Source: Desulfobacteraceae bacterium
GTDB taxonomy: Bacteria > Desulfobacterota > Desulfobacteria > Desulfobacterales > UBA5852
Direction of reading: 5' to 3'
DNA length: 64,000 nucleotides
Assembly: GCA_014237395.1 (NCBI GenBank)
Contig: JABZFP010000041.1
Coordinates: 273,742-337,741 of the forward strand
Shown here: positions 55,853 to 64,000 of the stretch, piece after piece
How positions within the stretch are numbered: the stretch's first letter is position 1
Layout of the letters: every line of letters starts with the position of its first letter
Made by a program: the position numbers and the translations under genes
The notes under the pieces: generated by a model
What the model saw: only the letters and a program-made list of their open reading frames with translations
Told to the model about the DNA's origin: nothing
Database searches by the model: none

Positions 55853-57037
55853 TCAAGCACGCCGGCCCCTTTTGTTGTGAGACCGTAAAAGGTCGGCGAA
55901 ACCTCGCAGACTCAGGACGTAGGTGTACAGCTCTTGGTAGGTTATATCTCCCAGATAGATGGCCATGTGTTTGGCGCCGATCTTGTCGCCGTAATGCCTG
56001 AGCATATGATTGCTGATGGTGGGGCAGCCATACAGGATACGGGCCAGGATATCGGCCCTTAGGACCTCTAGTTCGATTTCCCGCTTGAGCATGCGGTTGT
56101 AATGGGCCAAAGGCTGCCGGTGTTTCAGGTGGCGTTTCAGGGCAAGGGTTGCGATGTGGGCGCTTTTGAGGGCGTAATAAATTCCCTCGCCGGTCACAGG
56201 ATCCACCAGTCCTGTCCCATCGCCCACGATGAGGCCGCGGCTATCGGCATAGCGGTTGCGGCGGTGGGGGCGGCAGGGGATCGGATGCAGCCGCATCGAT
56301 CGGCTATCGGCTGCCCGGGACAGGCCGTTGTTTTCAAGATAGCGCGAAAAATAAGGGTTTAACTGTTTCGCCGGGCGGCGGCGGGCTAAAATGCCGGCTG
56401 AAAGGTGGTTTTTTTTGGGAAAAAGCCAGGCATAGCCTCCCGGAATGACGCCGAAGTCAAAATGAATAGATCCGGCAAAACGGTCGTGGGTCGCGGGTGG
56501 CACGGTCAATTCGGCTTCAAGGGCCGGCATGAGGCGATAGTGGATCGGCAGATTCAGTGCCCGCGCGACCCGGCTGTGGGCGCCGTCGGCACCGACGATG
56601 ACACGGGCCTTGAAAGATCCGTTGGTTGTTTGGAGCGTCAGCTTGCCGGGCTGTCCCGAAAGGGACAGGAAGCGCGTTTGGTCTCGAAGATCGGCGCCTG
56701 CGGCGACGGCTTGTTGCGCAAGAAGGTGGTCCAGGCGGTCCCGCATGACCAGATGCACAGCCGGGAGGTGCCGTGTTTGGGTAAAAGCGGTTTGGTAATT
56801 CACCCGCAACCGGGTGGTATGGGCCTGGTCCTCGATAACCTCCTGGATATCGAAAGGAATGAGCTTCAACGCTCTTTGGGTGAGACCACCGCCACAGGTT
56901 TTATAGCGCGGCAGCTGTTTCTTTTCCAGGAGAAGCACGGCCCATCCGTTGGTGGCCAAGGCATGGGCCAGCAGGCTTCCAGAGGGCCCGGTGCCGACAA
57001 TGGCGACATCGTAAAGGGTGTGATTGCGGTTGGCCAA
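55853..57037 (-). CDS. FAD-dependent oxidoreductase, geranylgeranyl reductase family.
   Basis: YDVAIVGTGPSGS Rossmann motif ...LLEKK. GDGTGLVDPVTGEGIYYA. Confidence 0.8.
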   Translation of the reverse strand: MANRNHTLYDVAIVGTGPSGSLLAHALATNGWAVLLLEKKQLPRYKTCGGGLTQRALKLIPFDIQEVIEDQAHTTRLRVNYQTAFTQTRHLPAVHLVMRDRLDHLLAQQAVAAGADLRDQTRFLSLSGQPGKLTLQTTNGSFKARVIVGADGAHSRVARALNLPIHYRLMPALEAELTVPPATHDRFAGSIHFDFGVIPGGYAWLFPKKNHLSAGILARRRPAKQLNPYFSRYLENNGLSRAADSRSMRLHPIPCRPHRRNRYADSRGLIVGDGTGLVDPVTGEGIYYALKSAHIATLALKRHLKHRQPLAHYNRMLKREIELEVLRADILARILYGCPTISNHMLRHYGDKIGAKHMAIYLGDITYQELYTYVLSLRGFADLLRSHNKRGRRA

Positions 57038-57358
57038 TTGGCGGTTTCGATCGCTTCAATGCGGAATGGGGTTCACGTGCCGGCAGGGTCCGGCCCCGCC
57101 ATGTTAACGATATGACGATGATGCCGAATCTGATATTTTTCGTCAAGTTGTCAGCGGCCTGAAGGCAACAAGCGGCCGCGTCATGTTCCATCATGCGGTT
57201 TTAAATTGGACAGCCAAAATTTGGTTTCGTTTTGGGTCTATCGAATACCCCATAAGGAGGATGGTGACCGATGATATCGGTTTTCCGGCGGCCATATGAA
57301 GGCACCCATACGATAAAACGGCATGACGTGGACATCGCGTCTATCCGTCGACCCGTTT

Positions 57359-57601
57359 CTACTGCACGGTATGAATCATTTCTTTCTTATGGGATCGGCC
57401 TGTCCCGGCCGTGTCAATGAAAAGCGTGAAGAGATAAACGGCGAAAGCCAGGGCCAGAACGATGCCGGCCGTTTTCAGCATCGCTTTTGGGCGGAAAAAA
57501 ATCAGGAGCAGAAGGGCCACTGCCAGTGCAATTGCCACGATCGTGTGGCCGTAGTAGAAGCTGGTGAGCCGCGTTAAAAGATTTTCGAAGTCAATAAGCA
57601 T
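57359..57601 (-). CDS. Small two-TM membrane protein, hypothetical.
   Basis: ATG at 57601; the ORF opens at TTG 57631. Two hydrophobic helices, IVAIALAVALLLLIFF and AGIVLALAFAVYLFTLFI. Confidence 0.45.
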   Translation of the reverse strand: MLIDFENLLTRLTSFYYGHTIVAIALAVALLLLIFFRPKAMLKTAGIVLALAFAVYLFTLFIDTAGTGRSHKKEMIHTVQ

Positions 57602-57680
57602 CGCTTGAACTCTAATACAATTCTGCCACAAGGCACAAATTTACGACCTTCTTAAGACGATAGCACGATCCACGGCAAGC

Positions 57681-57696
57681 TGCAAAATGCAATCCA
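57681..57696 (-). promoter_or_regulatory. Candidate sigma-54 promoter.
   Basis: Minus strand reads TGGATTGCATTTTGCA, with GG-N10-GC spacing and a perfect TTGCA -12. It lies between the EBP gene stop (57810) and the small membrane ORF. Confidence 0.35.
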
Positions 57697-57809
57697 TTTC
57701 GCTTTTTGCCCAATGGTTTGCCCTGCTTTATGGGCAATTCCACGATATAGTGTAATAATACAAAGGGATAGACAATCCTAATGTGTTCCCTCAACCACGC
57801 CCGTGATCA

Positions 57810-59168
57810 TCAGGAAAGCCCGATTCCCAGTTCCTTGGTTTTGGTCAGCAGGGTGTTGCGATGAATGCCCAGTCGGCGGGCCGCTTCGGTTTTGTTGCCT
57901 TGGGCTGCTTTCAGTACGCTCAGAATATATTTTTTCTCAAAGGCCTGGGTCGCTTCGCGCAGGGGGGCCTGCTGGCCGTTTTTAGAGGCGATGGCTGCTA
58001 ACGGGGGCAGATTGCCGAGTCGGATGGTGCGTTCCGGGTTGACGGTGCAGATGCGTTCGACCAGATTTTCCAGTTCCCGGACATTGCCGGGCCAGTGATA
58101 GGCTGTCAGGTGCTCGATCGCGGCCGGCGTCAGCTGTTTGGCGGTCTTTCCTTTCCGCTTGGCATGCATCTGCAGGAAGTGTTCGAGCAGGAGGGGGATG
58201 TCATCCCGGCGGTCGCGCAGAGGGGGGAGCGTGAGGGGCAGAACGTGAAGCCGGTAATAGAGATCCTGCCGGAAGCGGTTATCGGCAACGAGCTTCAGCA
58301 AATCCTGATTGGAAGAGGCGATAATGCGGATGTCCGCATTAATGGTGCGGTGGGTGCCAATGCGTTCGAACTCCTTCTGTTGAATAACGCGCAGCAGTTT
58401 GGCCTGCATTTTGATGGAGAGCGAATCGATATCGTCAAGAAAGACGGTGCCGGTGTTGGCGATTTCAAGTTTCCCGGGGCAATCCATCGAGGCGCCTGTA
58501 AAAGCGCCCCGGCGATGACCGAAAAGTTCGCTTTCCATCAGGGTTGCCGGTATGGCGGCGCAATTGATCACGACGAAGGGCTTCTTGGCGCGACCGCTTT
58601 TATTGTGGATCGCACGTGCAACCAGCTCCTTGCCTGTACCGCTTTCTCCCTGGATCAGAACGGTGCCATCACTGGGCGCAACCGTCGCGATCAATTGAAA
58701 GACTTTTTTCATTTCAAGGTTGCGCCCCACCATGGTTTCAAAGGGGCAGCAATGATCGATTTCATGCTTTAAAAGAAAAATTTCTTTCTGCATGTCTTTC
58801 TTTTTCAGCGTACGGGCGACAATGGCCTGAACATTTTCCACATCAAACGGTTTGACCAGGTAGTCATGCGCACCGTTTTTAATGGCATCAATGCCGGAGC
58901 GAAGATCTTTGAGGGCGGTGATCATGATGATGTCAACGTGCGGGTCGATGGCCTTGAATTCTTGGATTAATAGGCGGCCGTCGGTATCCGGCAGCAGGAT
59001 ATCGAGGAGGATGAGATCGATGGATTGCGATTCAAAGCAGCGAAGGGCCTCGGCCCCCGTTTTGGCGATATAGAGATCGTACTGTTCCTGTAAAACCATT
59101 CGGAGAGATTCGCGGATACCTTTTTCATCGTCGACAATCAGGATCGAACAGCTGTGCCCGTCGGTCAT
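57810..59168 (-). CDS. Sigma-54-dependent response regulator (enhancer-binding protein).
   Basis: Receiver (ILIVDDE...DLILLDILLP). AAA+ domain with GESGTGKE and GAFTGA. C-terminal HTH. ATG at 59168. Confidence 0.9.
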   Translation of the reverse strand: MTDGHSCSILIVDDEKGIRESLRMVLQEQYDLYIAKTGAEALRCFESQSIDLILLDILLPDTDGRLLIQEFKAIDPHVDIIMITALKDLRSGIDAIKNGAHDYLVKPFDVENVQAIVARTLKKKDMQKEIFLLKHEIDHCCPFETMVGRNLEMKKVFQLIATVAPSDGTVLIQGESGTGKELVARAIHNKSGRAKKPFVVINCAAIPATLMESELFGHRRGAFTGASMDCPGKLEIANTGTVFLDDIDSLSIKMQAKLLRVIQQKEFERIGTHRTINADIRIIASSNQDLLKLVADNRFRQDLYYRLHVLPLTLPPLRDRRDDIPLLLEHFLQMHAKRKGKTAKQLTPAAIEHLTAYHWPGNVRELENLVERICTVNPERTIRLGNLPPLAAIASKNGQQAPLREATQAFEKKYILSVLKAAQGNKTEAARRLGIHRNTLLTKTKELGIGLS

Positions 59169-59492
59169 GGTGTAAATGACTCCATTACTACCTCTCCATT
59201 TGTTATTATTGAAAATTGCCGGCGAAGGGATTGCACCATATTTTGAGCATTTCGTCAAATCAGCGCGCTGACCACAATGCACAGAAAAATGTACAGGCAT
59301 GCACAAGTTTCAGTGCATTGCAGCGGGGATGCGGTGCCCCGCGTGAACGCCACATTTCAAGCCATGCGATGGCCTTGCAGGAACGACGCTATTTGATACG
59401 ATAGTGCACAGGCGTTTGGATCCTTCGATAGGACGAACACTGCTTCCGACCCGGTTTAAGGCAATTGGTTTTCAAAATAGCACTGTTCAAGG

Positions 59493-60806
59493 ATGGGAGC
59501 CCTATTTTTGATGCCCCAAGTTCGTCAACGTGACTTTACGGATGAGGCTGTTCGAAACGCGGTTGACCACATGCTTCGCCTTCAGCAATCCTATGCGACG
59601 TTGCCTGCTGCCGGTGTTGAAGAGAGGATCCGAGCGTTAGCAGCCCTCTGCATGACGTTGGATTCGGTCGATGACGTGCTCATCCATCGGGTGGACTGGC
59701 CGATGGGATCCGCTGGTCTTGATTCATTCACGGCGGGGACGGATTGTTTTTCCGAACGGCGCAATGGTTTAAACCCCCGGGGCGACTCTCTGGAGGAAAA
59801 AGCGGTTTTCAGCCGGTTCCTGGCGCAGGCTCCGTGTGTTGAGGAGGTCATGGCCGCACCGCTCATTTCCGACATGCAGGATCGCATGGCGGCGATGTAT
59901 TGTGTCGCCTTAACGATCCCCGGCCGGGTCATTGGCATTTTATGTGCCGGGACGCTCAATCCGGACGGTTTTCAGGCCGGAATCCTTTTGGCGCTGGATC
60001 TCCTGGCCCCCCAGTTGGCGCTACTGATCGAGAATGCGCGGCTCAGCCGGCCGTCCGAGGATCGGGCTGCGGTCAGCCAAAACGCGGCTGATCCAATCCC
60101 CCGGGATTCGCGGTCGGCCCCTTTGGAGAATCTGCTGGCGCGCCTGGCCCATGACCTTAAAAATCCCCTGACGGCGATATCAACGTTTATGCAGCTGTTT
60201 CCGACCCGCTGGAACGACGATCACTTCCGCTCGACCTTCTATCCGGTGGCCTTTGAAGAAACCGAGCGACTGCTTTGCTTGGTCCATGACATGCTCGATC
60301 GGGGAAAAAACCAAGCGGCCCGGCTGATGCCCGTTGACATGCAGGACCTGGTGGGAAACCTGGTGGGATTGCTGGCGCCCCTGGCTGAGCAGCGGCAATT
60401 GACGCTTTCAACCCAGTTTGCCCGGGCCTCCGCGGTCATTCGGGTTGACGAAGGCAAAATCAAGGAAGCCATCCACAATATCCTGACCAATGCCATGGAG
60501 GCCACACCGGAGGCTGGCCGCATCGATATCCGGCTGGGTGGTCTCGTGCTACCGGGCGGCCGACCGGCCATCCGGCTTGAAATTCAAGACAGCGGCCCGG
60601 GAGTTGACGAGGCCCTAAAGACCGAAATATTTGATCCTTACATGTCAACGAAGGATGCCCGGCATTTGTCCGGCGGAACCGGGCTGGGTCTGTACATTGC
60701 CCGACGCAACGTCCAAGCCCAAGGGGGAATGATCGAGGTCGAAAACGCGGATGCCGGCGGGGCGCTTTTCAGAGTGATTCTGCCGGTGGAAAGGCGGCGG
60801 CGTTAG
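59493..60806 (+). CDS. GAF-domain sensor histidine kinase, cytoplasmic.
   Basis: H-box LAHDLKNPLTAI. DSGPGV and GTGLGLYIA boxes. Divergent from the EBP gene. Confidence 0.8.
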   Translation: MGALFLMPQVRQRDFTDEAVRNAVDHMLRLQQSYATLPAAGVEERIRALAALCMTLDSVDDVLIHRVDWPMGSAGLDSFTAGTDCFSERRNGLNPRGDSLEEKAVFSRFLAQAPCVEEVMAAPLISDMQDRMAAMYCVALTIPGRVIGILCAGTLNPDGFQAGILLALDLLAPQLALLIENARLSRPSEDRAAVSQNAADPIPRDSRSAPLENLLARLAHDLKNPLTAISTFMQLFPTRWNDDHFRSTFYPVAFEETERLLCLVHDMLDRGKNQAARLMPVDMQDLVGNLVGLLAPLAEQRQLTLSTQFARASAVIRVDEGKIKEAIHNILTNAMEATPEAGRIDIRLGGLVLPGGRPAIRLEIQDSGPGVDEALKTEIFDPYMSTKDARHLSGGTGLGLYIARRNVQAQGGMIEVENADAGGALFRVILPVERRRR

Positions 60807-60885
60807 AATGCCACGACACATCCACAACGCCGTTGACGCTCGACGGTTGTCCAGTGTATGGCATAAATAAGCAAACCATCGCGAT

Positions 60886-61647
60886 ATGCCTATGACCAAT
60901 AAACTGACCATCGCTTTCACCCGTCGGGAGGCCGAATTATACCGGTCCCACGGCCTGCTGGAAGAGGCGCGGCAGCTGTACCGCCAGGTGATGGACGAAG
61001 CCGGTACCCTGGGCCCCAGTCTGGCGACGTCACTGCAGGAAAAAATTCGCGCGCTCGAAGGTGAGCTGGCGGAGCTGGACGTCGACCTGACCGATGTGGT
61101 TTCGGAGCGGGAGTTGTGCATCCTGCGGGAGGGGTGGGGCGACGCCCAGAGTCCTTCCGACATCCATACCTGTGCCGCCGCGCTAGGCAGTATCGGCCTG
61201 TATGAGGCCGCCATCGAAGAATACCGCCGCTTGATTCGCCTGCAACAGCCGCTGGTGGATTACATCCGTGGCCTCACGGAGTGCTTGCTATCGGTGTACA
61301 CCCCGGAAACCATCGAGGCTGAGATTGATGCCATCATCGCGCACGATCAACCGGAGGACGCCCACCCCAACATCCTGAGAATCGCCTTTGCCATGGAACT
61401 GGCCCAACGGGGGGTGGACCGCCCCGCCCTCTCGTTGTACGAAGCGGCACACCGGATTCGACCCTTGCCGGATAGAATCCAAGCCCATGTCAAGGCGCTC
61501 AAAAATCGCTTGGATGCCCATCCCGAAAAGGATCAGACGGATCCGGCCGCTGCCCGGGCCACGAATCCGGCCTACCAGCTCAAGGTTCGTCTCGCCAACC
61601 GCCTCGCCCGCCTGCGGGGGTTGATGCGCCGCCTGCGCAAATCCTGA
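60886..61647 (+). CDS. Hypothetical helical, TPR-like protein.
   Basis: Repeated helical A/L-rich motifs. No catalytic motif recognised. Confidence 0.5.
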   Translation: MPMTNKLTIAFTRREAELYRSHGLLEEARQLYRQVMDEAGTLGPSLATSLQEKIRALEGELAELDVDLTDVVSERELCILREGWGDAQSPSDIHTCAAALGSIGLYEAAIEEYRRLIRLQQPLVDYIRGLTECLLSVYTPETIEAEIDAIIAHDQPEDAHPNILRIAFAMELAQRGVDRPALSLYEAAHRIRPLPDRIQAHVKALKNRLDAHPEKDQTDPAAARATNPAYQLKVRLANRLARLRGLMRRLRKS

Positions 61648-61649
61648 TC

Positions 61650-63659
61650 TCAGATCGCCATTCCCGCTTTGAAGCCGCTGTGCATCGCCTCGAATGCCGT
61701 TGCCACCTGATCGGCATCGCCGGCCGTGGTGCAGGGAATGCCAAGCCGCTCTAAAGATTCCGAAAGCGGATGATGGGATTGGGATCCAACGCCCAACACC
61801 ACGGTATCCGCCGGGATGTCCTGCCGGCCCCCGTCCGCGGTTTCCACGGTAACTCCCTGCGGGGTAATTTCCAGCACCCGGGTAGCGGTCAAAGTTTGCA
61901 CATTAGTGCGTTGCAGGTCTTGGAGCAGGGTCCAGCGGGTGGTTTTTCCCAGGCCCTGCCCGATACGATCGATCATTTCGACCACCACCACCTCTTTGGT
62001 GCCGTTGACGGCCAAAGCATAAAGCTCGTCCACGGGTTCCGCTTTATTGACCATCAGAAATTTAAGTGTTTCCCCGGACAGGGTGCCTTTTTCAGCCAGA
62101 AACAGGGCGGTTTCAACCCCGACGGCGCCGCCCCCGACGATAACGCACCGTCGCCCCGTCCGAACCCGGTTGCACAAAACATCCCAGGCCTGGACCACAT
62201 GGGCGCCTTCGATGCCCGGGATGGGAGGCGTAATGGGCCGTGCCCCGGTGGCCACAATGACGTGGTCGGGCGGGTTGGCTTCCAGCAATGCCTCATCCAC
62301 TACCATGTTCAGATGGACCTCCACAGGGCTAAGGGCCACCTGTATGGCCAGATCCCGGGCCAGCGTTGCGAATTCATTGCGGCCTGGCGGGGCCGCCGCC
62401 AGATAGAGCTGCCCGCCGAGTTCTGCGGAGGCTTCGTAGAGATGAACGCTGTGACCCCGTTCGGCGGCGGTCAGGGCCGCGCGCATGCCGGCTGCACCGC
62501 CGCCCACCACCATGATGCGCTTGGGGGTGTCCGTCTTCCTTATGGCGGTGCATTCGGCCTCATGGCCAGCCTTGGGGTTGCACAGGCATTCCACACTCTT
62601 GAGTTTGAACAGGTTGTCAAAGCAGCCCTGGGCACAGGCCACACAATGGACGATTTCCTTTTCGCGGTTGAGGCGGGTCTTTTCAGGCAGGTAGGGGTCG
62701 GCAATGAGGCTGCGTCCCATGGCCACCATGTCGCACATGTCGTCCAGGATCAGTTCCCGGGCGGTCGCGGGATCATTGACGCGATGGCCGTAGATGACGG
62801 GGATGGAGACCTGTTTTTTGATGGCACGGGCCAGGTAGGCAAAGGCACCCCGCGGGACCGCCGTCGTAATCTGGGGCACCCGGGCCTCGTGCCACCCCAC
62901 GTTGATGCTCAAAGCGTCCACGTGTCCTTCTTCCTGCAAGGCGCGGGCATAGGTTTGCAGTTCTCTACGATCCTGCCCGTCCACCATGAAATCGTTGCCG
63001 TTCATCCGGACGATCACCGGAAAGTCTTGTCCCACTTTACGTCGAATGGCCTGCATGACCTCCAGGCCGAACCGCATACGGTTCGGCAGATCACCGCCAT
63101 AGTCATCCTCCCGCTGGTTGGTCAGGGGCGATAAAAATTCGCTGATCAGGTAGCCGGTACCGCTGAGAATTTCAACGGCGTCGAATCCGGCGGCCTGAAC
63201 ACGGCCGGCCGCCTGGGCAAAAGCGTCGACAATGGTATGGATTTCGTCGATGGTAAGGGCATGCGGGGTCTCTTTGGTCATGCGTGAGGCGATGGCCGAG
63301 GGCGCCACAGGCTGCTGCCCGTTCAGGAAAAAGGAGAAATTATAACGTCCGGCGTGGTTGAGCTGGGCGGCGGCACAGGCACCGTTTTCTTTGATGGCAT
63401 TGGCAAGACGGGTCAGGCCGGGAATGAATTCGTCCCTGTGCGCCCCAATGTTGGTCGTGTTGCCGGAAAGGTCGTCGACGGTCGCATAGCCGACACAGAT
63501 GAGGCCGGCGCCGCCGCGGGCTCGTTCGGCATAAAAGTTTATCAGAGGGTCGGTCACCTCGAAATCCACGGCCATGCCCATGTGCATGGCGGGCATATAA
63601 ATTCTGTTTTTAACCTTCAGCTGATTGATAGCGATCGGGTCAAAGATGGGATCCTTCAT
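61650..63659 (-). CDS. Old-Yellow-Enzyme-type NADH:flavin oxidoreductase fused to an FAD/NAD(P)-binding domain (2,4-dienoyl-CoA reductase / enoate reductase-like).
   Basis: OYE TIM barrel (QLNHAGR). 4Fe-4S motif CVACAQGC...C. Rossmann motifs VVGGGAAGM and IVGGGAVG. Confidence 0.85.
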   Translation of the reverse strand: MKDPIFDPIAINQLKVKNRIYMPAMHMGMAVDFEVTDPLINFYAERARGGAGLICVGYATVDDLSGNTTNIGAHRDEFIPGLTRLANAIKENGACAAAQLNHAGRYNFSFFLNGQQPVAPSAIASRMTKETPHALTIDEIHTIVDAFAQAAGRVQAAGFDAVEILSGTGYLISEFLSPLTNQREDDYGGDLPNRMRFGLEVMQAIRRKVGQDFPVIVRMNGNDFMVDGQDRRELQTYARALQEEGHVDALSINVGWHEARVPQITTAVPRGAFAYLARAIKKQVSIPVIYGHRVNDPATARELILDDMCDMVAMGRSLIADPYLPEKTRLNREKEIVHCVACAQGCFDNLFKLKSVECLCNPKAGHEAECTAIRKTDTPKRIMVVGGGAAGMRAALTAAERGHSVHLYEASAELGGQLYLAAAPPGRNEFATLARDLAIQVALSPVEVHLNMVVDEALLEANPPDHVIVATGARPITPPIPGIEGAHVVQAWDVLCNRVRTGRRCVIVGGGAVGVETALFLAEKGTLSGETLKFLMVNKAEPVDELYALAVNGTKEVVVVEMIDRIGQGLGKTTRWTLLQDLQRTNVQTLTATRVLEITPQGVTVETADGGRQDIPADTVVLGVGSQSHHPLSESLERLGIPCTTAGDADQVATAFEAMHSGFKAGMAI

Positions 63660-63724
63660 CGATTCCTCCCCTTGGGTTTTTGCGATGGCCCCGTCGCGCC
63701 GCGGTGGCGCGTTTCACGGCAACG

Positions 63725-63746
63725 AACTTAAGCATATGCTTAAGTT
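63725..63746. repeat. 22-bp perfect palindrome; candidate operator upstream of the flavoenzyme gene.
   Basis: AACTTAAGCATATGCTTAAGTT, lying 66 nt upstream of the start codon at 63659. Confidence 0.9.
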
Positions 63747-63850
63747 GCTGAAACCGCAACCTTTATATGGTTCAAGGGGGGGCGTTGTGGTTTGGGCTTC
63801 CATGCCTCAGGGCAACGTGGTATCGATGGCGCGTTGGCCTATACCGCCCC

Positions 63851-63885
63851 AAAAAAAACGGTTATTCGACATGCGAATAACCGTT
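63851..63885 (-). terminator. Rho-independent terminator, minus strand only.
   Basis: Minus strand reads AACGGUUAUUCG-caugu-CGAAUAACCGUU followed by a U-run (8 T in total). Confidence 0.8.
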
Positions 63886-63924
63886 AAGGAGGAAAACTTA
63901 TACTGAAGGTTAGGTTAGGTTGGT
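63851..63924 (-). ncRNA. Candidate sigma-54-dependent small RNA or attenuated leader of about 74 nt.
   Basis: The predicted +1 is near 63924, 12 nt after the -12 C. Transcript: ACCAACCUAACCUAACCUUCAGUAUAAGUUUUCCUCCUU + terminator hairpin + U-run. No ORF. Confidence 0.4.
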
Positions 63925-63934
63925 ATTAGGGATA

Positions 63935-63950
63935 AGCAAACGGTATGCCA
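63935..63950 (-). promoter_or_regulatory. Sigma-54 (-24/-12) promoter.
   Basis: Minus strand reads TGGCATACCGTTTGCT, a near-consensus match to TGGCAC-N5-TTGCW. An AT-rich tract lies upstream. Confidence 0.55.
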
Positions 63951-64000
63951 GTTTTCTAGTAATTTTTATGGATTGATTTATTTACAATAAATTCAGGTGT

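Noticed and set aside
57323-57577. An 84-aa plus-strand ORF overlapping the small membrane ORF.
   Set aside because: The minus-strand frame gives two clean hydrophobic helices. The plus-strand product is hydrophilic, low-complexity and lacks an RBS.
59463-59479. TGGTTTTCAAAATAGCA upstream of the GAF histidine kinase.
   Set aside because: The GG-to-GC spacing is 11 nt, not 10, and sigma-54 promoters do not tolerate this. Likewise, TGGCACTCCGGTGTTGCA at about 55701-55718 has 12-nt spacing and faces away from any gene.
63907-63921. The (AGGTT)x3 tandem repeat. I considered a microsatellite or the start of a CRISPR-like array.
   Set aside because: It has only three 5-nt units and no spacers. 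It is the complement of the CCUAA-repeat seed of the candidate sRNA and is reported there.

Overview
GC-rich (about 58-60%) chromosomal window that is mostly ordinary core genome. The gene content looks like a sulfate-reducing Desulfobacterota (deltaproteobacterial) organism; that assignment is inferred from gene content only. I saw no rRNA, tRNA, CRISPR array, transposase, integrase or phage genes.

Recognisable blocks:
- A partial rlmI gene at the left edge; it is absent from the ORF track because it runs off the window.
- A long minus-strand run: DUF2238, cyclase, alpha/beta hydrolase, SH3, the two subunits of an ADP-forming acetyl-CoA synthetase, glutaredoxin, a PaaI thioesterase and an HExxH membrane protein.
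- An S1P-lyase-like PLP enzyme followed by a transporter.
- fabH.
- Two sigma-54 two-component modules and two large hybrid PAS histidine kinases.
- metY-metX-metW behind a clear SAM-I riboswitch.
- rplU-rpmA-obg-proB-nadD-rsfS.
- fdhD.
- A complete dsrMKJOP operon.
- A 2,4-dienoyl-CoA-reductase-like flavoenzyme.

Most unusual locus: the SOS mutagenesis cassette at 34.1-40.2 kb, ordered lexA - DUF72 - imuB - dnaE2. The position normally held by imuA is filled by a DUF72/YecE-family TIM-barrel protein that is translationally coupled to imuB. A 144-nt nested inverted repeat sits between imuB and dnaE2.

Second theme: several well-spaced sigma-54 (-24/-12) promoters in intergenic regions. One at the right edge, together with an intrinsic terminator, brackets a candidate RNA of about 74 nt that is CU-rich and carries an anti-Shine-Dalgarno sequence.

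Two long perfect palindromes (31 bp and 22 bp) lie in promoter regions.

All functional calls come from motif and family recognition by eye. No searches were run.
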